Position numbers and translations under genes: made by a program
The notes under the pieces: generated by a model
What the model was told of the DNA's origin: nothing
The model's input: only the letters and a program-made list of their open reading frames with translations
Database searches by the model: none
NCBI GenBank assembly: GCA_021806285.1
Contig: JAJZYA010000001.1
Coordinates: 1-35,768 of the forward strand
Source: a bacterium
GTDB taxonomy: Bacteria; Patescibacteriota; Saccharimonadia; Saccharimonadales; UBA4665
Direction: 5' to 3'
DNA: 35,768 bases
Shown: positions 10,044 to 18,746 of the stretch, piece by piece
How the letters are laid out: every line of letters begins with the position of its first letter
Numbering within the stretch: position 1 is the first letter of the stretch

Positions 10044-10751
10044 TTAATGACTTGTTATGTGTTTAATTATCGACAATAGGATACTTAAGTCTTTTTTGTC
10101 AAATCCTGGTATATCGTTAAATTTACCTTCATCAAAGGCTGCAAGTATCTTAGACTTGGAAAAAGCAAGATTTGGATAGGCTACGTGCTTAGTATCTAAC
10201 TTTCGGATTTGATTTAAAGCTCTTCTCGACGTTTTAATATTTAATCCTAGCTCATTTTCTAAATAATCTTTAATATCATGCATAGGTAACATGTCTTCAA
10301 TTTCACTACCTCGAGAAGATTGTGGCTCAAAAGTATCTGAAGATAACACAAATTTTACAATAGCGTCTTGACCTTCTTTCTGAGCAGCTCTTATAAAAAG
10401 ACCAGTATTTTTTAAGGGTGAACTAGTAATTTCATCAATTTTATCTGATTGTTCTAAGACTTTATGATGTGATTGAGAAACTGCTTCTTTTATTGTAGCT
10501 ACTTGATCCCCATTGGTACCAAAAATGGTTACAGGAATATCTGGATTAGGGTTAGTTAAATAAGCAACCATGGTAACAGCGTTATTAAGGTTAGTACCTA
10601 AAACGAGCGTATCGGGATTAGGTGGCAACTGAACACCTAAACCGAGCACAAATAAATTGGATCCATTGGCTAGTCTACCTAAGGCCCCAACTAGTTCAAT
10701 AGGAACATTCCTTATTTCAGGTCTAAGAACTTCACCTCTTGATTCTTGCAT
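10044..10751 (-). CDS. hypothetical protein, no family recognised
   Basis: 235-aa intact ORF with an ATG start, in the same orientation as its neighbours. No TM segment or signal peptide. The C-terminal segment FNDIPGFDKKDLSILLSII is loosely helix-hairpin-helix-like. Confidence 0.5.
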   Translation of the reverse strand: MQESRGEVLRPEIRNVPIELVGALGRLANGSNLFVLGLGVQLPPNPDTLVLGTNLNNAVTMVAYLTNPNPDIPVTIFGTNGDQVATIKEAVSQSHHKVLEQSDKIDEITSSPLKNTGLFIRAAQKEGQDAIVKFVLSSDTFEPQSSRGSEIEDMLPMHDIKDYLENELGLNIKTSRRALNQIRKLDTKHVAYPNLAFSKSKILAAFDEGKFNDIPGFDKKDLSILLSIIKHITSH

Positions 10752-10785
10752 AATCTAATATTATATAACAATTTGATCACTAATA

Positions 10786-11835
10786 CTAGTTACCACACAG
10801 TTTATGGCAATATTGAGTCGTATTTGCTTGTTGTTGAGCTAAAGTGTTTGAGAAATATGTTACTCCATTATCTCCGGTTACAAAGTAAAGCCAATTAGTG
10901 GGAGCCGGATGAGTAGCGGCATACAAGGATGAGGAGTTAATAGTGCTAATTGGGGTAGGAGGGAGTCCGGGATGAAGCAAAGTATTATATGGTGAATCGT
11001 AGCTAAGACTTGGTGGCTGATTATTGGCAAGAGCTCCATAATATGCCGTTACATCTGATCCAAGATTCATTGATTGTTTTAATCTACTTAAAAATACTTG
11101 AGCTACTTGAGCTTGATCAGTCGGTTTGCTAACTTCCTGATCGATAATAGAAGCTAGTATTATTCCTTGGTAAGTAGAGAGTCCTTCGCTAGCAAAATCG
11201 GCTTGAACCTGTTGTGTTAAATGATTAGCCATTTCATTTAAAGATTCTTCTATTATGACTGAAAGAGGTGTATTCTTATTTCTTTCAAACGAATCGGGCC
11301 AAAGCAAACCTTCCATAGAATTAACATTACTAGGAACAAACTCCATGATTTTGAGGTTTCTATAATTAGCGATGTTGAGTGCATTATTAATAGCACTTTG
11401 GCTGTAACCATCTTTAAGAAAATCAGCTTTTAGTTTAAAGATGTTAGTACCTGGCAATATAGTTACTAGGTTCGAGGATATTTTACCAGAAACAATGCTT
11501 GATATTATTTGTTGAGTAGTCTCATTTGGAGAGAAATCATAGGTACCAGCCTGAAGACTATTTGAAAGATTTTGACTATTAATATATAACTGCGCTGCCC
11601 AGGAACTTTTTATAACGTGACTCGAGGCAAGCTGATCTGTTATTTCTCTCACACTACTGCCTCTTACAATATCTATAGTAATAACTTTGTGACTAGTACT
11701 AAGAGGCTTTAGCAAACTGTAATAATAATTTCGAACTATGACACTTCCAGCTATAAAAACAAAGATTATTACTATGATTAGAACCCAAATTCTTCTTGGA
11801 ACTCTTCTATATTTCTTATCTTTTTGAAATTTCAT
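10786..11835 (-). CDS. mltG: endolytic murein transglycosylase MltG (YceG-like)
   Basis: 349 aa, N-terminal TM (IWVLIIVIIFVFIAGSVIV), then a YceG-like body ending in NTLLHPGLPPTPISTINSSSLYAATHPAPTNWLYFV. The ATG overlaps the ruvX stop (TAATG). Confidence 0.85.
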   Translation of the reverse strand: MKFQKDKKYRRVPRRIWVLIIVIIFVFIAGSVIVRNYYYSLLKPLSTSHKVITIDIVRGSSVREITDQLASSHVIKSSWAAQLYINSQNLSNSLQAGTYDFSPNETTQQIISSIVSGKISSNLVTILPGTNIFKLKADFLKDGYSQSAINNALNIANYRNLKIMEFVPSNVNSMEGLLWPDSFERNKNTPLSVIIEESLNEMANHLTQQVQADFASEGLSTYQGIILASIIDQEVSKPTDQAQVAQVFLSRLKQSMNLGSDVTAYYGALANNQPPSLSYDSPYNTLLHPGLPPTPISTINSSSLYAATHPAPTNWLYFVTGDNGVTYFSNTLAQQQANTTQYCHKLCGN

Positions 11836-12254
11836 TATTTAATATCCCCGTTTATATAATCCTCTAGAATTAAGCTGGCTGCAGTTTTGTCTATATCTTC
11901 TTTAGAATATGATTTAGATCTTTGTTCTAATATTTCTTGAGCCTTTTTTGACGTTAAGAACTCATCCTGAAAGATTATTTCTAATTGTAGTTTAGATTTA
12001 ATCTGATTAACAAAATTTTTTACTTTCAAAGTTTGAGGTGTGTCTTCGGAATCCATGTTCCTAGGTAAGCCTACTATCAGTCTTGAAATATGATGCACGT
12101 CAATTAAATCTTTAAGTTTATCTATAAAATATTGATCATTACTTAGAGTTATTAAAGCTTGAGGTAAAAAGGTCGGATAAGTTGCAAGAGCCACACCAAT
12201 TCTAACATCACCCACATCTAAAGCTAGTAAATTTACGGGTTTGTCTTTAGACAT
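11835..12254 (-). CDS. ruvX: putative pre-16S rRNA nuclease / Holliday junction resolvase-like YqgF
   Basis: 139 aa. LALDVGDVRIGVALA N-terminal catalytic Asp motif, VGLPRNMDSEDT motif, DEFLTSKKA. The ATG overlaps the upstream stop (TAATG). Confidence 0.85.
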   Translation of the reverse strand: MSKDKPVNLLALDVGDVRIGVALATYPTFLPQALITLSNDQYFIDKLKDLIDVHHISRLIVGLPRNMDSEDTPQTLKVKNFVNQIKSKLQLEIIFQDEFLTSKKAQEILEQRSKSYSKEDIDKTAASLILEDYINGDIK

Positions 12255-13996
12255 TAGTTGACGGTTTTGGTTGGTTTAGCAATATGGACATGGATCTTGC
12301 TTGGATTATTCGGGGCGCTTGAAACATAGAAAGGACTCAAAGTAACTTTTACACTTGTTACATTACTGTTGCCTTCGACTATATTTTTAATTTGGGCAAT
12401 TTTCTTTCCTTCGGCTTGAGATTTAATTAAACCAACATTAATATTTGGTCCAACAATAGCCGTACTCTGGATCGTAATTTGAGTAGGATTGGTATTGCCA
12501 TTGGTATATGAGAAGCTAGCATTATTAAGACCAGTACTTAATATACTTTCAGAATTTCCAACTTGAGAACTTATATTGTTACTTAATAAGGTATTAAGAT
12601 CTTTTTTGAAGACACCATACATAGTGTATGTAATACTTTCAGTTACGGTAACACTTGAATTTTGAGAACCTACTTGGTTGTTTTCAGTTACGGTAGGTTG
12701 AGAAGAGTTAAATGTCATACCTATTGGATAATATCCATCTTGAGAAAGTCGAGAAGATAAACTACTTTTAATGGAATTATTGTTAGTTGTTATTTTATTC
12801 TGGGCATTGGTTATATCGTTTTGACTTACTACAGTTACCATATTATCCGTTCCCCCACTGGCTCCTCCAGTTGCTGAAACACCGCTATAACCTGGGACGC
12901 TGAAAGAAGTATTATTATTTTGAGTATTATAGCTACTTCCGGCTTGTTGAGCAGATATGTTTATATTTCCGGTACTATAGAGAACACACTGAGAATTGGT
13001 GGTATTATACGAAAACGTTGCTGTCGAATCGGTTACATATGTCAGATTGTTTTGAGTAATTCCCGTCCCGGCTGAAATTGAACTAGGGTCGGTAAATGGT
13101 GGCTTGACCTCACAAACATTGAAGACAACAGATCCTGAGGCTTTTGTTCCATCATTCTGTTGACCTGTTGCATTAACTGTTGCTGAGTAAGTTTTAGTAG
13201 TACTAACCTCTTTGGCTGGAATAGTATTGGAGGCTAAATTAACACTTGAAGCAGATGGGTCGATCGTAAAGCTTACATTAGTATTAACATTAGATGAATT
13301 AGTATTAATATCGATAGTTGCAGAAGGTAGAACTGCTAAAGCTACATACCCCACAATTCCAATTAATAATATAAGAACTATTAGGACAACGGCGATCTTA
13401 AATTTTTTAAAGTTTGGTACCTTAATCTTTTCTTTCTTGTCTTTTTTAGTCTTTTTAGGTTGAGGTGTAACAGAATCCTCTTGAGGAGGTTCCTGATTAT
13501 TTAATCCGGTATTGTCTAGATCGATGGTGTCTAGATCTCTGTCTAGTTTTGTTTTTACACTAGGTGCTACAGTATCGCCAGACGCCAACTCTGCAAGTGT
13601 CTTAGTTTTAGAATCTTTAAGATCTATATCTTTTGAAGGTGTATCATTTTGGTCTATTACTAAGGGTTCATCTTCATCAGCTTCAATAATAGATTCGTTG
13701 AAGACCGGGGCAGCTGGGATTTCGGGCTTACTATTTAAGGTTTTGGCGACAAATAATCCAACACCTCCAGCTAGCGGTAAGAGATTGGCTTCATTCGTTA
13801 CTAGAACTACCTTCTTGTTGACATCTTCACTTTTTCTTTTTAAAAGTTTCATGTTAACGGTGCTTTGGAAAACGCTGGCTCTTTTGGGAAGAACTAAGGC
13901 TATAACCGTAGCGCTAGAGTCTAAAACCTTATCTATAACGTTTGTTATCTCGTCATCGACATCTACGTATATGGTTGCTTTTGATGGATCTGCCAT
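12254..13996 (-). CDS. hypothetical bitopic membrane protein: ~200-aa cytoplasmic N-domain, one TM, ~355-aa Asn/Ser/Thr-rich ectodomain
   Basis: ATG at 13996 lies one nt after the TAA of the upstream FtsA-like gene (the ORF-track start at 14005 is a GTG). N-domain motif DEITNVIDKV...VLPKRASVFQSTVNMKLLKRK. Lys-rich juxtamembrane stretch. TM IAVVLIVLILLIGIVGYVALAVL (nt ~13328-13399). Ectodomain has only two Cys. Confidence 0.6.
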   Translation of the reverse strand: MADPSKATIYVDVDDEITNVIDKVLDSSATVIALVLPKRASVFQSTVNMKLLKRKSEDVNKKVVLVTNEANLLPLAGGVGLFVAKTLNSKPEIPAAPVFNESIIEADEDEPLVIDQNDTPSKDIDLKDSKTKTLAELASGDTVAPSVKTKLDRDLDTIDLDNTGLNNQEPPQEDSVTPQPKKTKKDKKEKIKVPNFKKFKIAVVLIVLILLIGIVGYVALAVLPSATIDINTNSSNVNTNVSFTIDPSASSVNLASNTIPAKEVSTTKTYSATVNATGQQNDGTKASGSVVFNVCEVKPPFTDPSSISAGTGITQNNLTYVTDSTATFSYNTTNSQCVLYSTGNINISAQQAGSSYNTQNNNTSFSVPGYSGVSATGGASGGTDNMVTVVSQNDITNAQNKITTNNNSIKSSLSSRLSQDGYYPIGMTFNSSQPTVTENNQVGSQNSSVTVTESITYTMYGVFKKDLNTLLSNNISSQVGNSESILSTGLNNASFSYTNGNTNPTQITIQSTAIVGPNINVGLIKSQAEGKKIAQIKNIVEGNSNVTSVKVTLSPFYVSSAPNNPSKIHVHIAKPTKTVN

Positions 13997-13997
13997 T

Positions 13998-15329
13998 TTA
14001 TACACTCAACATCTTATCTAATTTATCTCTTATTGATTCATTTACACCGTTATTAAAGTCCGAGGTATCAAGCCCAACTCTTAGAAGGCCCATAGCAGTA
14101 ATATAAGTATGGTCATTAACTTGGCCAGTTTGATCTGTAATGCCAACAACTTGTTCTGGTTTAATATGATGAACACTTGGTTTTTTGGTAAATGGGAGAT
14201 CCTTATACCAACTAGACTGTTCCAACTTATCTATCAACATATCTAGAGAAGATCCACCTCCACATAAAAACATTCGGTGAGGTAGATGATCAAGTTTATC
14301 GAACTCACTTAAAGCCAATTCGATCCCACTAACCCAAGTGTCAGCTGTTTTTTCGATAACAGATTCTATAATAGGTCTTTTTTGAGTAGCGATTTCGTTA
14401 GTAGATAACTTAATCTTTAATTCCTCAGCCTGGTTGAAGCTGATACCAAGTTCTTTTTCCACGCTTCTTGTAAAAGCTCGTCCACCTATTCCAAACATTT
14501 TAGTACCTTGAACACCACCCTCATTAATTACAGCAATATCAGTTGTTCCACCACCCACATCCATTAAGATGGCACTTAAGTTTTGGGAAGAATCGTTCCC
14601 TATAACAGCTCTTGAGACCGCAAAGGGTTCGGCAGCTACGGCTAAAAGATCTAAATCAAGCTCTTGAGCAGTTTTCTCAAGGGCTCCAATATGAATCAAA
14701 GGCGCAAAGGCTGTATAAAGCTGAATAACAACATCTCTACCCTGAAAGCCAATCGGATTATTAATGGGATAACCGTCGATTTCAATACTTACTAAGGCAC
14801 TGTTTACGAGACGAACATCAACATTTTTACCACCGAGCTCTAGGGCTAACTGTTGTTTAGCTCTTGCTTCAGATCTATCCTGAACTAGAGAAATGATCTT
14901 TTCCATTTCAACAGCATCAATTGCAAGTGTAGGGTCTTTTCTAGTAACTCTAACACTATTAGTCGTTCCCTTAACAAGCTCTCCAGCTATTCCAAGTATG
15001 GCAGTACGAGCACTTACTCCAGCTTGTGTCTCTGCCTCGTGTAGGGCTTTATCACAATTCTCAACAACCGCGGCAATATCAGCTATAGCTCCGGCCTGCA
15101 TATCTGTTAAAGCTTGATGTTGTCGTCCTACCCCAATAATTTCAAGTGTTCCAGGATTCGCAATGGAAGTTTTGGCTATGAGAGCTTTTACATATTCGGT
15201 ACCAATATCTAAACCAACTAAATACTGCTCTTTAACCCTCTTATTTCGAATAGAATTACTCTTTTTAGAAGCTTTATCTAAGGCAATCTGAGCTAGATTC
15301 TTCGAACTATTTTTAATTTTTTCTAGCAT
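13998..15329 (-). CDS. actin-fold ATPase of the FtsA/PilM type
   Basis: 443 aa. Phosphate-1 VGLDIGTEYVKAL, phosphate-2/adenosine-type ILMDVGGGTTDIAVI, FGIGGRAFTRSVEKELGISFNQAEELK, FLCGGGSSL. AGAGGA Shine-Dalgarno before the ATG. No ftsZ is adjacent. Confidence 0.75.
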   Translation of the reverse strand: MLEKIKNSSKNLAQIALDKASKKSNSIRNKRVKEQYLVGLDIGTEYVKALIAKTSIANPGTLEIIGVGRQHQALTDMQAGAIADIAAVVENCDKALHEAETQAGVSARTAILGIAGELVKGTTNSVRVTRKDPTLAIDAVEMEKIISLVQDRSEARAKQQLALELGGKNVDVRLVNSALVSIEIDGYPINNPIGFQGRDVVIQLYTAFAPLIHIGALEKTAQELDLDLLAVAAEPFAVSRAVIGNDSSQNLSAILMDVGGGTTDIAVINEGGVQGTKMFGIGGRAFTRSVEKELGISFNQAEELKIKLSTNEIATQKRPIIESVIEKTADTWVSGIELALSEFDKLDHLPHRMFLCGGGSSLDMLIDKLEQSSWYKDLPFTKKPSVHHIKPEQVVGITDQTGQVNDHTYITAMGLLRVGLDTSDFNNGVNESIRDKLDKMLSV

Positions 15330-15394
15330 ATCCTCTAGTTTAACATAAGTTTAATCAATTTTATCCTTGAAATATTAAAATCTACTCAAAAATT

Positions 15395-17290
15395 TTATAC
15401 TAATGCAGCCTTGATTCTTCGTATACCTGAAGAACTCGATTCTTCTTTTAAGATCTTAAATCTTTTACCTTGTTCTTTTAATATGGCCGTATGCTCAACA
15501 TGAGGGCCACCACAAATTTCAAAACTAAAAGGTTTTGATTCTCCCTTAGCCTGCATTCTATAAACTTTTACTCTTTTACCGTATCTGTCGCCAAATGCAC
15601 CCAAGGCATGAAGCTTATCCATGGCTTCTTTGGTATCGTGCTCTTCCCAGGTCACAATCAGATCTTTATCTATCTGTTCATTCACTATTCTTTCGACCTC
15701 AGCAATTTGTTCTGGGGTCATTTTATCGGGATGTGAAAAATCGAAGCGTAATCTTTCTTCGGTTATATTACTACCGTGTTGAATAACATGATCACCCAAA
15801 ACCTCTCTTAAAGCCTGATACATTAAATGAGTAGCCGTGTGATATTTTTTATGAATTAAAGTCTGTCCGCCAAGTCCACCCTTAAAGACACCTTTAGCAG
15901 CCGTTTGGCTTCTTTTGCGTTGTTGTTCCATCAGATCTAAATATTCTTTTTTGTAGTCTTTTTTAAGTTTAATGTTTCGGCTAAAAGCTTCTTCTAGACT
16001 AAGCTCATAAGGAAACCCAAAAGTATCTTGAAGTTTAAACAGGTCAGCCCCGCTTAAACCCTTATCTTGCAGTTTACTTAATTCTCTTAAGCCCTTTCTT
16101 AAGGTCTGGCTAAAAATGTTTTCTTCCTTATTCAGAGTTTCAACTACTTTTTGTTTAACAGCCTTAATCTCCGGAAAGTCTGGTTCATAAAGAGACAAAA
16201 TTAACTGGCTAATTTCCGCTATAAACTTATCTTCTATTCCTAAATTAAAACTAAACCTTATTGCCCTTCGGATTAAACGGCGCATTACGTAACCTTGTTC
16301 TTTATTACTTGGTACGACACCATCAACCGCCAAGAAGACCGCTCCTCTAAGATGATCGGCAATTATTCTCATAGAATTAGTTTCCACTTCATAAGTTTTA
16401 TTAGAAAGAGATTCCAGTTTTTGAATTATTGGAAAAAGTAAACTAATTTTAAAGACGTCAGGGCTATTAATCGCAGCAGCTGCAATTCTCTCTAATCCAC
16501 CTCCATAATCTACATTTCTTTTAGGTAACTTTACAAAACCATCGCTAGTTTTTAAATACTCCATGAAGACCGAATTACCAAGTTCAATATATCTACCACA
16601 ATCGCAGTTAAAGTGACACTTTTTGCCATACTTCGGATCATGTTCGACTTGGGGAAATAAATAAAAAACTTCTGTGTCTGGTCCACCTGGTTCGTTAAGC
16701 GGCATATCTTCCGGTTTACCAGATCTACTCCACCAATTCTTATCCGAATAAAAAAGAATTCGAGCTCCTTGAGTTCCTAATCTGTAACCGTCTTCTTCAC
16801 TTCCAATTTCTGCCGAGGCATGATCTATACCAATCTCTTTAAAGAGATTAGTCCATATTTTGGCACTAATTTCATCTTTGGGAATTTTGTTTTTAGCATC
16901 TCCAATAAAACAAGTCACATAAATTCGGCTCGGATCTAGCTTTATTTCTTTGGTTAAAAATTCAAAAAACCATTGAATCTGTTCTTCTTTAAAATAGTCT
17001 CCAAGACTCCAGTTTCCGAGCATTTCAAAAAAGGTTGTATGACGATTATCTCCTATTTCATCAATGTCCTGAGATCTTAAACATGTTTGACTATTAGTGA
17101 GGCGCCTCCCCTGAGGGTGCTCTTCTCCCAGTAAATAAGGTATTAGGGGCTGCATTCCACTACCCGTAAATAGAGTGGTTGGATCATTTTGAGGAACTAA
17201 GAGAGCTCTAGGTATAACTTTATGCCCCCTGTCCTCAAAAAATTTTAAATAAGCTAAACGAACTTTTCTAGCATCCATAATATCTACCAT
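15395..17290 (-). CDS. alaS: alanine--tRNA ligase, short form ending after the editing domain (no C-Ala domain)
   Basis: Class II catalytic core (RLAYLKFFEDRGHKVIP, FTGSGMQP, FFEMLGNWS, GGGLERI). Editing domain HTATHLM...CGGPHVEHT. Ends ...GIRRIKAALV. Start set at the ATG at 17290 (MVDIMDARK); ATG 17278 is also possible. The ORF-track start at 17341 would overlap mnmA. Confidence 0.93.
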   Translation of the reverse strand: MVDIMDARKVRLAYLKFFEDRGHKVIPRALLVPQNDPTTLFTGSGMQPLIPYLLGEEHPQGRRLTNSQTCLRSQDIDEIGDNRHTTFFEMLGNWSLGDYFKEEQIQWFFEFLTKEIKLDPSRIYVTCFIGDAKNKIPKDEISAKIWTNLFKEIGIDHASAEIGSEEDGYRLGTQGARILFYSDKNWWSRSGKPEDMPLNEPGGPDTEVFYLFPQVEHDPKYGKKCHFNCDCGRYIELGNSVFMEYLKTSDGFVKLPKRNVDYGGGLERIAAAAINSPDVFKISLLFPIIQKLESLSNKTYEVETNSMRIIADHLRGAVFLAVDGVVPSNKEQGYVMRRLIRRAIRFSFNLGIEDKFIAEISQLILSLYEPDFPEIKAVKQKVVETLNKEENIFSQTLRKGLRELSKLQDKGLSGADLFKLQDTFGFPYELSLEEAFSRNIKLKKDYKKEYLDLMEQQRKRSQTAAKGVFKGGLGGQTLIHKKYHTATHLMYQALREVLGDHVIQHGSNITEERLRFDFSHPDKMTPEQIAEVERIVNEQIDKDLIVTWEEHDTKEAMDKLHALGAFGDRYGKRVKVYRMQAKGESKPFSFEICGGPHVEHTAILKEQGKRFKILKEESSSSGIRRIKAALV

Positions 17291-17313
17291 TTTATTAATT
17301 CTATTTAAGATAA

Positions 17314-18360
17314 TTAAACTATTATTCCTCCTCCAATACAATATCCCTGATCATAAACAACAGCTGATTGTCCAGGTGAAACTGCCTTAAGTGGATCTTG
17401 TAATCTGATAATAGCTTTTGAACCTGATTTTTCAAGTTGACACTGAATTAGAGGAGCCCGATGTCGAATACGAACTTCAACTGATTGGTTATTAATTTGA
17501 TAGTTTGGATAAGTTTGGTAAAAATTTTCAAGATTTAATTGGTCTGACCACAGTTTTTGATCATCCAATTTATTGGTTACATAAACTATGTTTTTAGCTA
17601 TATCTTTAGATGTCACATAATAAGGTAAACCACCAGAAACATTGAGTCCGTGTCTTTGACCGATAGTATAAAAGATTGCTCCCTCATGTTTACCAACAAC
17701 TATGTTATTTTGATCCATGATTGGACCTTCTTCCTGTTCGCCTAGTTCACTTATTAAGAAATCTTTTATTCCGACCTCGCCGACAAAACAAATTCCTTGA
17801 GAATCTTTTTTATTATAAGTTGGAAGATTATATTTTTGAGCTAATTTTCGAACCTCAGGTTTTAAATAATCACCTATTGGCATTAAAGTCTTAGATAAGG
17901 CCTTTTGACTCATCCTATATAAAAAATAGGTTTGATCTTTATTTTGATCTTTCGCCATCATTAGATGATTATTTTTAATTCGAGCATAATGTCCAGTTGC
18001 AACCAAGTCAGCGCCTTCATTAAGAGCGGTATCGAGAAATAGTTTAAATTTAATCTCCTGATTACACATAATATCAGGATTAGGAGTCAATCCTTCTTTA
18101 TAGGCTTCAATCATATAATCGACCACTTTTTGGCGGTATTGTTTCTCGAAATCAAAAACTTTAAAAGGTATACCTAAATTAACAGCAACCCTTTTAGCAT
18201 CCTGATAATCTTCTTTCCATGGGCACTCATATCCTAATATGTCTTTAGTCCAATTTTTCATAAAGACTCCTACCACGTTATAGCCTTCTTTTTTAAGAAG
18301 TGCTGCAGTAAGTGAACTATCTACTCCACCTGAAAGACCTACATATACAACTTGAGACAT
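17314..18360 (-). CDS. mnmA: tRNA-specific 2-thiouridylase (tRNA U34 2-thiolation)
   Basis: 348 aa. PP-loop GLSGGVDSS, catalytic Cys contexts NPDIMCN and SQGICFVG, ATGHYAR. Confidence 0.95.
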   Translation of the reverse strand: MSQVVYVGLSGGVDSSLTAALLKKEGYNVVGVFMKNWTKDILGYECPWKEDYQDAKRVAVNLGIPFKVFDFEKQYRQKVVDYMIEAYKEGLTPNPDIMCNQEIKFKLFLDTALNEGADLVATGHYARIKNNHLMMAKDQNKDQTYFLYRMSQKALSKTLMPIGDYLKPEVRKLAQKYNLPTYNKKDSQGICFVGEVGIKDFLISELGEQEEGPIMDQNNIVVGKHEGAIFYTIGQRHGLNVSGGLPYYVTSKDIAKNIVYVTNKLDDQKLWSDQLNLENFYQTYPNYQINNQSVEVRIRHRAPLIQCQLEKSGSKAIIRLQDPLKAVSPGQSAVVYDQGYCIGGGIIV

Positions 18361-18392
18361 CTGTTAAGTTTACCATTTTGTAGAAAAAATTT

Positions 18393-18746
18393 TTAGATAT
18401 CTAAAAATACATTAACTTGATCACTTTTAACGTGCATAAGACCTCCATTAATAGAGATATTTTGAATCTGTCCAGTAGTAGTCCGAATAGCTATGTCACA
18501 AGGTTTTAAGAGACAGATAAAGTTATGGTGTTTAGGTAAGATGTCAAAGGGTCCAGTTTCATTAACAGCGCTAATACTAAATGCATAGGAATCATAATAA
18601 ACATTAAAGGGACTGGCGACCACAATCTTAAGTTGATCCTCCTTAGTATCTACACTTTTCAGAATATCTTTGAGGGCTATATTCTCGTTTTTATCTTTTA
18701 GAGAAAGATTATCTATAAAATCTGGATCTGCTTTTTTTCCGCTCAT
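18393..18746 (-). CDS. atpC: F1 ATP synthase epsilon subunit, beta-sandwich only, with an N-terminal extension
   Basis: 117 aa in the last position of the atp block, ATGA overlap with atpD. Residues ~37-117 fit the epsilon beta-sandwich pattern (GPFDILPKHHNFICLLKPCDIAI...INGGLMHVKSDQVNVFLD). The protein ends where the C-terminal helical hairpin would begin. Confidence 0.65.
   Translation of the reverse strand: MSGKKADPDFIDNLSLKDKNENIALKDILKSVDTKEDQLKIVVASPFNVYYDSYAFSISAVNETGPFDILPKHHNFICLLKPCDIAIRTTTGQIQNISINGGLMHVKSDQVNVFLDI

Noticed and set aside
17291-17313. T-box or other leader/riboswitch upstream of alaS (17291-17313) and metG (27610-27646).
   Set aside because: The intergenic spacers are only ~24 and 37 nt, far too short for a T-box or riboswitch.
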